From contig NMRA01000017.1 in assembly GCA_002633005.1 (NCBI GenBank), forward strand, positions 1,332,545-1,396,544: a stretch of DNA of 64,000 nucleotides, written 5' to 3'. Below are positions 54,635 to 64,000 of the stretch, one piece after another. Each line of letters starts with the position of its first letter. Position 1 is the stretch's first letter. Origin of the DNA: Phoronis australis (Eukaryota > Animalia > Phoronida). Position numbers and translations under genes: made by a program. The notes under the pieces were generated by a model that saw nothing but the letters and a program-made list of their open reading frames with translations, made no database searches and had not been told where the DNA came from.

Positions 54635-55873
54635 AGGAGAATGCCACCCGATTTAATTAGTCTTTTTTGCCGTCTTAATCGGTCTATATCTACATCGCCC
54701 CGCATACGGTCGACTTCACCTTGCCAAGAGGTGTCGCGTTAACCTGTGAGGAAGGTGAGAACGACGCTAGCGACGTCAGTGGTTCATATGCAGAGTGAAT
54801 GCCGCTACGTTGCGGTGCATCGTTCCCGTTTGTCCGAACTAAGCAGCTGCGAGGAAAGCTGGTATGTTTTTTTTTTTTACTTCCTCGAGAGTCCGAAATG
54901 CTTAGGAAGTGGCTCATGGTAGTGAAGAATGAAATGTACGCTGTAAATAGTAAGTATGAGGCCGTGAAACATCTCCGTGTCTGTGTCCTGCAGACGTCGA
55001 CAGTGCCTCACGAATGCCGGCTTACCAAATAACTCCATACGTTCCGTTGTCTGAGCTTGTTCACGGCGCCTCTCTAGTATTTCTTCATCACTGTATTCCT
55101 GTTCGAATTGGTAGCCTGTAAAACTTAACGATCCACCTGCGAAGTCGGGACTGATGAGCTCTAGCTCGTCCTAAGTCAGGAATGCGAGTTGCCACGTTTG
55201 CGTTTATTACTGAGCGTTCTGTTTCAAAATGAATTATTCTCACCCTAACCAATACTTATATAAAACTGAAACAAAGTCTGTCTCATTAGATGAAATTTGT
55301 AATGCCTTTGGAGTGTTCGTGAGTGCAAATGATTTGAGAAGCCAGCAATGAATAAATCACTGCGTTACAGGCTTTAGGTGCAATAAAACTAATTGATGGT
55401 GATGTGAGCTCATGCTAATTTAGTGTTTGCTGGCAGAAACTGTAGTGAAACAACTCGATTTCCCTCCCACGGCCAGGTGTTAGGTGAATATTTATTTACA
55501 TTTACAGTACTTAAATAATGATTGTCAATGTACAACTTCTGCTCTGACTGTTCTGTGACCAAAGAGGAACCTGAATTCGCGGCCCCCGACGAGTAAGTAG
55601 ATTTGCAGTTTCGTGGCTAATTCACCAACATAATCACGTGCACATTACTTTGGCTCACTAGTATAGTATTTTCTTGACTGGAAGTTTAGTTTCCACTGAA
55701 CTTTGACTGGTTTATATTTGTGATGTCTGATCAGTTTCCGAGCCACTGGCCGGGATAACGATTCAATCCGACCGGACGCGTGTCAGGTAACGCAACGGTA
55801 CGTGTCGTTATGGAGTAGAACTACTCGATTTAAATTGATACAAATTAGGTTGTTTTTTGGGTGGCATGCTCCT
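54635..55873 (+). mobile_element. Kolobok-like copy D (internally deleted relative to C)
   Basis: TTAA|aggagaatgccacccgatttaattag ... gggtggcatgctcct|TTAA. Near-identical to C except for loss of roughly C 23150-23555. Confidence 0.9.
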
Positions 55874-56709
55874 TTAAAATGTATGGCAATGCCCACAGTT
55901 TCATTGACCGTAGGCCTACTAAACGATGAACGATGCAAGTACAAAAAGAACGTGTGCTTGGAAACTGCAATGCTGGGTCAAACTGTACAGAAATGGGCAG
56001 CTGTAACAACTGTAGTAACATCAGCAACAATGACTGCATAATGGATACTTCTTTGACAAGTCAACCCTAAATAGACCTCCAACCCCGTTATTTCGTGTTT
56101 TTTGTATTAAAAGGTGAACTTTATTTGTTGAGTAAGTTACAGAAAGTACATACTTTGATCATTGTCATGTATTTGTCTCATGCTGCTTGATAAACACTGT
56201 CAGAATAATCTATTATTTACATACAGTCTGTGTGCACATTCACAGAGATCATTCAAATATATTGTTTTTGTACTATAACGTATTTCTGGTGTATTATGCA
56301 AACAAGCTATATTTTACACCATTAGTCAATGGTTCAGTCATTGAGGCACAAATTTTGCCCAGTCTCAAGTGTTTTGTGTTATTTTTGTTGCCAGACAATG
56401 CCAAAATAACTTCCTAGTAACATTCAGACTTAGTTTGCATTTCTGCCACTAGGTGTCACTTTACATTTTTTAAATTTCACTGTTTACAATTAGTCTACAA
56501 TAGTAAAACATGTAATGTGAGTGTATTATTGTTCAATACAATGATATTGATGGGACCATATTTTTTACAAAAAAGATAGCAAAGCTGTTTTTTTAAATAT
56601 AAGTTCTCTGTGGCATGGTGGTTACTTCCTAAAACCGCTCTGAGGTGGTGGCGTATTACAACTATTATTAAAATCTCTTGGCCTATTTACACCGACCTCT
56701 AGTCTATCT

Positions 56710-56759
56710 ACACTGTCACGACGTTTCGGTCGGTCTCTTCTCCAGCCATCGTCAGGTGT
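56710..56759 (-). ncRNA. Hammerhead-ribozyme-like motif in the Penelope pLTR
   Basis: ACAC-CUGACGA-U-GGCUGG(loop)CCGACC-GAAAC-GUCGUGACA-GUGU. Core boxes are intact, but the cleavage triplet is not clearly canonical. Confidence 0.5.
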
Positions 56760-57555
56760 TCCCGCGTTCTTAGAAGAACAGTCTCCCATTCCTAGACGTA
56801 CTAGTGACTCGTGTCGAAGGACAATTAACAACGACAGTCTACTATAAGAAGACCCACACAGGACGATAAATTGACTTCAACTCCAACCCCACCAAAGGAG
56901 TCAAGAAGGGTATAATCAAATGCCTTGCATCAAGATCAAAGGAAATCTGCAGTGATACAACACGCCAAGCAGAAATGACCAACCTGACGGAAACATTCGA
57001 AAGAAATGGCTACCCAAGGGATTTCATCAAGTTGGCTTCAACATCGCAGAGGAAAGACAAAGTGGCAGAAGTACGCCCACTGCAGGCTATGTGCTTATCG
57101 TATATACCCGGAATAACCGAGAAGCTAGGACGCATATATAGAGAATTTAAAATAAGAACAGTATACCGCAGCTCAGACACACTGGGTCTGACATGGGAAA
57201 AAAGAAAAATGTCATCTATGAAATCCCATGTGAATGTGGTGAATCGTATATCGGTGAAACGTTAAGACCACTGGAGACTACACAACAATTGCTGAGCATA
57301 ACAAGTGTTGTAGAGAAGGTAATACCTCATCAAGAGTAGACGAACACATGTGGTCGAAACAACACAACATCCAGTGGAATAACATCCGAATACTTGACAG
57401 TGAAACAGGTTGGACCAAGAGAAAGATCAAGGAAGCCATGTACATGAAAGTACAAGGCAATGTCTTCAGTCAGCCAAGCAAACAGCCAAGTGACACCTGG
57501 CTCAGTCTACTTAGGAAGGTTTAAGTATAATAAAATTCCCTCTAAGTAATTGGAT

Positions 57556-57627
57556 GACTCCGTGGTGTAGTGGTTAAGGTGCTGGACTCGTCGTGGGTTC
57601 AAATCCTGCCTCGCAACAAAAAAAAAA
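57556..57627 (+). mobile_element. tRNA-derived SINE head with A-tail inside the Penelope element
   Basis: A box tggtgtagtgg, B box ggttcaaatcc, shortened anticodon region, ends in an A-run. Confidence 0.6.
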
Positions 57628-58939
57628 CACCATGTACCACGTATCCGTGCTCGTTCTTCTAAGAACACCTTACGATGGCCGGAGAAGAGACCTACCGAAA
57701 CGTCGTGACAGTGTATATAGACTAGAGGTCGGTGTAAATAGACCAAGAGAGTTTAATAATAGTCTATGCAATTTCAAAATCAAATTTCTCAAAATGTGCA
57801 ACTTTTCAGATTTTGAAAACACTCTAGTTAATGAATTAAAAAACACCAAAATAAAATTGCCCCCTGTAGTACTCACAAAAACCATTTTCTAGAAGCCCTA
57901 CAAATTCTGGGTGTCTTGTCATGTAGCCAAAGTCGTTCCACGTTTGAAATCGTAGATCGTGAAAAATCGCAGGAAACTCACTGGATCGGACATGTTCATA
58001 ACTGATTTGTTTTCGCAGCACGTCCGTACAGCCCGAAAAGAGTTTGGCATTTCTCAAAGACAGATCAACTCGACAATTCCAGCATTCGATTTTATAAACT
58101 AGTGCATAATAACAGAGTCTATATTTGTGAAGAACTGGAAGTCCAAGTCAAAGTAAAAACCTGCTGGCAAGAGAGCCCTCTAAAATGGTCTCATTTGGAC
58201 GTCGATCCATGTCAACGAGTATAGGAACTTGAACAGGCCGAGGTCCTACTATGCAACGCCATTCATTTGAGGGTATTAAAATCGCGGTGTGGTATGCACG
58301 AGGTTTGGAAACAATGGAGAAAGGCCAGACATTCATGAATTGTTTAATTTTATTAAAACATGTGACAGTGTACGAATAAGTGGGCTAAAGACAATAATGA
58401 AGTACAACGGTACTTTGGTAAGTTTCTAGTCTATGAAAATTGTACATGTCGAGAATTGTACGATAGCACTTGGCTTTCCTCAAAAATCCAACACTCCCTG
58501 CTAATTCGGTAATTTGGCCCATTGTGTAGCACACCCCACAGAATTAATGAAGCACAGAATACTGGCTGGACTACTCACGAGCTCTGGGCAACATTCGGTT
58601 AAAATTCACGGGCTAAGAAATTCGCATTTCTTGTCCAATTTTAAAAATTCAAAAACCAAGCAACGTTTACTTTTCATGAAGGATTCAAATATGCTATTTA
58701 AAAACTTTCAAATCTAAAATTTAAAAAAATTCGTCACCCCCAGTGTGTTTATAGTGGGTCTGATTGTCTAGGAACGATAACATCAGTAGTTTGAGGCAAT
58801 TTAACTAACCACAACAGCATGAGGTCTTCGACCGAACCGGCAATTACTGAGGTAGGCAAACCGGTCGAGTTGCCCAATCTCCAACCGGTTTGGGTGTCAA
58901 TTCAGGATTCTTGTCATGACAACTAGGAACTCTGTCCTC

Positions 58940-61510
58940 AGTAGATATTCCGGGGTGTTGCTATTATGTTAGATGAACGTTATGAAAAATCTGTCATTGA
59001 GACATATACTAATCATTCTAGTTTTATGGGTTTGATGCTTGACGGCTCCCGTTGTATGATAGATAGAAATTTATTAATAGTAGTCGCTTATGTCGCTCCT
59101 GAGGGTTCACCCACTTACCGTGATTGTGAAAACAAAAATGACATCGATTTGTTTGAAGAATCATAAACTGATAATGTATCTTCTGAGAAAGAATCATATA
59201 TTATTATGTTAGGAGATTTGATTTTAATGCAAGGTCACCATCATTGTCTGACAAATTCTCCGAGTGTAGTGACCCCCATGATATAGCCCTGAGTGCCTTT
59301 CTTAGCCCGCTACATGCTTCAGGGGTGTCACGTAATACACTTTTAAATATGTTTGGTATAACTCTTTTGAGTTTATGCAAATTATTTGGCCTACATATTT
59401 TGAATAGAAAGTACACTTATGACATGCCGGGGATGTTCACTTCACGGGGTGACTCAGTTGCTGAGTATATGATAATGAACACTGAACTACATAGCAGTTA
59501 ACTTTTTCAAGGTAGTAGATCGCGACATTTCTGATCACCTTGCAAACGTTTATTTGATAATCGATACGATAAATTAGACACATGTGACCTCCATCCACGT
59601 ACTCGGATTAAATGGAATAACGAAGCCTTTGAAATTTGTAATTATAATTTATAGGATAGTTTTTCTAACGACCTATTACACGAGGTGCATACTCAGTTGG
59701 AGAACAACGACCTGGATGCGGTAGTTACAAAGTTTGAGGCGTTTTTCGGACGTACCCATGATTAAAAAAGCTCGCCGCAATAAAATGCAATATACCTGCA
59801 GATCTAACATTAATAAAATCGTTATAGTGTAAGAAAAAAGACATATATAATTAGCTGAGTGATGCATTGAGAAAAGGCATTGGTAATGCGCATGTCATTT
59901 ATCTTTATGCCAAAACAGATTTCCAACTTACTGTAAAAAATATACAAAAAACATATAATTATGGATAGTCTACGTCAACAGGCAGCGTCAGCCTGCGACG
60001 ATGGTGACCCGGATAAATGCTGGAAATTGTTCAAAATGGAATGAAGACTTTTTTGTCTAATCATACCAGCCCTTCTCAATGGAAAAACTATTTTAAGGAA
60101 TTATTGAATGAAAATATCAATATTGATGAGGATGAGGATTTCCTAGATCAGATTAATTAGCTAAACTTCAATCATGAATTTATTTGTGACGACTGCAGTC
60201 CGGTCGAGTTGAATAGCCAAATCACGGAGTAGGAAATAAATGAATCTATTGATTCACAAAAATTATAAATCCCCTTGAATCGATGGAATACCTGGGGGCA
60301 TTGATAAAGTTATGTAAACCTGTGATCATCAGTCAACTTTATCACTTTTTAATAAAATATTGTCAAGTCATTATATGTCTAAAAATTGGTGCAGGTCATT
60401 ATTGTCCCACTTTATAAAAAAGGAAACCATTGTAACATTAATAATTATAGAACGATATCGCTACTTAACATATTAAATAAAGTCTTTTTAAACATTATCA
60501 ATAAAAGATTGGTTCTTTGCGCAGGTGATAATAACATACTGCTTGAAGAACAAGCTGGATATAGAAAAGGGTACAGCACTGCAGATCAGGCACCCGTCCA
60601 ACAAAACTGACTTAGCTAAGACAAATCTTACATTTCAGTAAATTTTAAAATGTAAGTTAAAGTTGTAAAAAAACCAATTCAAGAAAAAGATTTTAAGTTT
60701 GACATAAGTTTTGTCTTAATTTTGACTAACTTTCAAATGTGGAAGTTTCAAAGTTTGGAATTTAAGACAAATCTTAAACTTAAGTAAAAATGAACTTAAG
60801 TCAGTTTCTTGGAACAGGTCCCAGATCTTCACATTAAATGCCTTGATACAAAATATGAATGCAAAAAGGTGATGTTTTGTTTTATTTATTAACTTTGCCA
60901 AGGCCTTTGACTCTGTTCAACATAAAATTCTGTTTAATATTCTGATATCAAATGGTATACATGGAAATATTCTGAAGGTGGTGAGATTGCTGTGCGAGAA
61001 CTTAAAATCGTGTGTAAGAATTCAGCTCCATAGAAAGCATACAAATTATACTTTGTAAATACATACTAAGAGTTGGCTCAAAAACTACCAATGGCGCTGT
61101 GCTGGGTGAACTATGTCAATGTGTATGTTAAGTACTTAACAAGATGCGTAAAATACTGTTTACGTTTGCAAGAAATGTCAACGTATAGATATTCCAGAAA
61201 CTGGTATAACATCTTGTAGTCATTAGATGACAGCGGTAAGAAAATCTGGGCCACTTGTATAAAAAATTTACTACAGGGTTATGGTTTTGACTTTGTTAGG
61301 TCACAACAAATTGTTGGTGATATTGGTGCCTTTTTGAAAATATTTACTCAGAAACTTAAGGACTTTGCCTTCCAAGAATGGGATTGTATAGTTAGTAGCA
61401 AACTTGTACTTAAATGTTGCTCCATATCTGAAAGTTATAAAATGTGGTCATATTCGCAGGCATATATTTAAAATACGTTGCTCTTCTCATACTCTTGAAA
61501 TCGAGGTGGC
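58940..61510 (+). mobile_element. Degenerate APE-RT LINE (CR1/L2 group)
   Basis: Endonuclease VAYVAPEGS, LGD(F)NAR, SDH; RT IVPLYKKG..NNYRTISLL, EEQAGYRKGYSTADQIF, FAKAFDSV; many stops. Confidence 0.8.
60590..60821. mobile_element. PIF/Harbinger-like MITE inserted in the LINE RT
   Basis: CAG|gcacccgtccaacaaaactgactta ... taagtcagtttcttggaacaggtcc|CAG. Excision restores T-A-D-Q-I-F-T-L. Confidence 0.8.
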
Positions 61511-63498
61511 TTCGCACGGGTACTAGCTACTGTAAAGGAATCAGCTTTAGCCGGTTTACGATAGACATGGGGAAGTTGCCTTGGTGATACATGCTTCAGT
61601 TAGGAAACAGAAATATCACCTTAAAGCTGTGCTGTTATCAATACTTAACTATTTGCTATTGTCATCCATTTTTTTCCTTACCGAATTTCATTTTTTGTTG
61701 AATCCCATTGTTGTAGTTATTTCACCGTTCACAAATGTGATGGCGGTAATACCACGAAGTATTACACGCATCGTGTCTTTATTACCATACCTCAAATTCA
61801 CACATACAGCTCTTTTCATGAATGTACGTTTCACGTGTTTAGCTGCAGAGAACGAAGTCCTCAGTCAAATTATTTTGGTGCTGTTTCCATCATAGTAGAG
61901 CATGGAGTCGATTGCTGTGCAAACAAAGTGCTGGCAAAGAGAAAGCGCAGTGGCATTGGCATGAAGAATACAGCAGCTTCTGTGGAACATGTCTCACACA
62001 GTGTTCGACCTTCAAGAAATAAATGTGCTGGCCCACTGGGTCAGTTACGTGAATATGAGACCACATCCACATAGGGCCTATATATGAAAGTTTATTGGCC
62101 CGGCACCAAATCCACTGACCCCGGGCCACCGTGTATTTCGAACACCGGTCGCACACTGTATTGTCTTCCAGCAAATGGAGTCCAACCACACGCCTCTTTC
62201 AACGTATCCGGTACCTGACCTTGTATTGCACGCAATTCAAATGATGTTCGATTGGGTTCATGAAGGATTAGTGTTCGTAGGCTGTAATGTGCAACGACCT
62301 TCGCCCAATGACATTCTTTTTTCCCTCTTTTCTAATCGAAGATGGAGTTTTAAACCAATAATCGAGATTTTTAAATAATTATTTACAAAAAGATCTTTGC
62401 AATCTTGAGTTCTTTTTCGTAGTACTGAGACCGGTACCTGTACAAGAGAAAAGAAAAACAACGATCAAATATACTTGGAAGCCATTTTGACACATCAGTG
62501 TTCTGCACGACCAGTTTTAACCTGTCGCTTCAACAGGGTAGAGTTCAGTAATGCTAGGACCTCACAAAAATCTAGCCAAAATCATGTGTTCTCATTTAAA
62601 ACACACGGCAATCTTGCGAAGTCTTGCTTTTCAGCGAAGTCTTAGCGTTACTGAACTCAGGGCTGGTTTGCCGGTGCTTCCATCACGTTTGTGTAACCTG
62701 CACTTTTTGCCTATAGCAAATATTGTCTGCCAAGTCGAGTAGTCTTTCTGATTGTTTTGGATTTTCACTGACTCATGTGGCATGACACACAAAACAACAT
62801 GAAAGTGTCATGCATGAAGATACTATCTGATAGTATCAGTGATCAGTCTTATATGTTAACTTGAAAGCTGTTAACCATTAAAAGAAAGTGTCCAGAGGGA
62901 TTATGTCATTCTGTACTAGTCCAATGTGGCAAAAGGTTGACCCAGATAAACATAATCAACACCTGACATGATGCGGGAAACCCCGTACACTTAAAATTGT
63001 CACTGTTTACAATTCAGTTTGAACCCAAAATGTAAAAATGTGGTGATTGTTTACAATATGTGACCATAATATTCCACTGATTCCACATCAGGACTTAACG
63101 TCGAAATGAATTATTAAAACGAGAAAAGCGAAACTTGAACAATTGACTCTGTGGGCTAGTAGGCCTAGTTGTAAGCCTACGCCGGAGACAAAGGAAAACG
63201 TGACTGCCCTGGGCCTCGGTTCACTTTTCACAAAATATTGACAAAAAGAGGATTTGACGTATCTTTGGCACTGCACTAAAGACTGAAATACAGGATGAGA
63301 TCTTGGTCACTTACCTCTAAAATAATTAACGGGAAGAATACAGTGGCGGATATAGGATATCACAAGGGCCGGGGGGGGGGGNGGCAACATTTTGTCCGGC
63401 TGTAAGCATATCAAGCATTTTCCTTGATTCTTGAAGTATTATCCAAGAAAAAAAGGAAAAAAAAACACGGAGAACGAGTCAAACAGGAAAAACTGCAA

Positions 63499-63565
63499 GT
63501 ACCAAGACTCGAACTCACGACCTGGCGGATAGAGTGCGCGTGCGTTACCACTACACCACCACGAT
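63499..63565 (-). mobile_element. tRNA-derived SINE head / tRNA pseudogene
   Basis: tggtgtagtggtaa (A box) and gagttcgagtc (B box); no intact acceptor stem. Confidence 0.55.
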
Positions 63566-64000
63566 TTTTAGTAGCTAACTAATCTCATACTAAGAGACCT
63601 ACTTGTTTATGGTCCAAAGCGTTTGCGCGCGAAACCTACTTCTTTTTGTAATGCTTATTACACGTTTTATATTTTGTGCCATCAATTCTTAACGAATTTG
63701 TCGTACTTAAAATAGTCTTCAAATACCCAAAAGTGAGTGTATCACTAAGGCTTTGATTAAAATTCACATCTTACCAGCAGCTTCTGTTTTTTTCATCGTC
63801 ACTCAGGTTCCATTTTCTTTAAAAAATGAAGTAAATTTTCTTCATTGCACAGTGGAGCAGACGACGGAAACGGAGTCGTAGTGCGCAGCGCCACTGCCGG
63901 TCGCCTGGGATATCGCTGGAGAGCCTATACTTAGCCATAGTTCCGTTACGAATGCGCCGTGTTCCGAATTTGACACTTGAAATTGGATTTGAGCCCCCCC

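Larger units (their letters stand above)
56622..57760 (+). mobile_element. 5'-truncated Penelope-like retroelement (RT thumb plus GIY-YIG) with inverted pLTR
   Basis: VYKK(T/P)H, F..NGYP..FI, L.YIPGITEKL, VIYEIPCECGESYIGET.R.L, EH, KRKIKEA. Inverted copies at 56664-56775 and 57655-57760. Confidence 0.85.

Noticed and set aside
57556-57615. Possible functional tRNA genes here and at 63499-63565
   Set aside because: A and B boxes are present, but the acceptor and anticodon arms do not fold; treated as SINE heads.
58810-58880. catga-ggtc-ttc-gacc-gaa hairpin upstream of the LINE, hammerhead-like
   Set aside because: The core deviates from CUGANGA/GAAA, and no stem I or III is evident.
61580-62461. 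Short ORFs and an acceptor-like site suggesting another gene
   Set aside because: All frames close quickly and no recognisable domain was found.

Overview
Eukaryotic (invertebrate-metazoan-like) genomic DNA: AT-rich, spliced genes, dense and mostly decayed transposable elements. Two minus-strand genes were assembled by hand from GT-AG sites, with every intron phase consistent. (1) A 5-exon, ~505-aa secreted CE4 polysaccharide/chitin deacetylase (14022->2319) with two tandem 6-Cys modules, each on a symmetric phase-1 exon. (2) A 2-coding-exon, ~833-aa low-complexity nuclear-type protein (40898->32834) with SUMO motifs, a PxVxL-like motif and a C-terminal coiled coil reminiscent of vertebrate LRIF1. 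The rest is a TE landscape: a degenerate HERO-like RLE retrotransposon, four copies of a TTAA-targeting Kolobok-derived element (one nested antisense inside another), a second THAP-bearing element, Helentron/HINE-like tandem arrays, Academ-like and Tc1/mariner-like remnants, Penelope-like elements with inverted pLTRs and hammerhead-like cores, CR1/L2-group LINE remnants, hAT and Harbinger MITEs, tRNA-derived SINE heads, and an 818-bp foldback with hairpins inside its arms. No prokaryotic systems (CRISPR, operons, rRNA) are visible. Family assignments come from motif recognition, not database searches.
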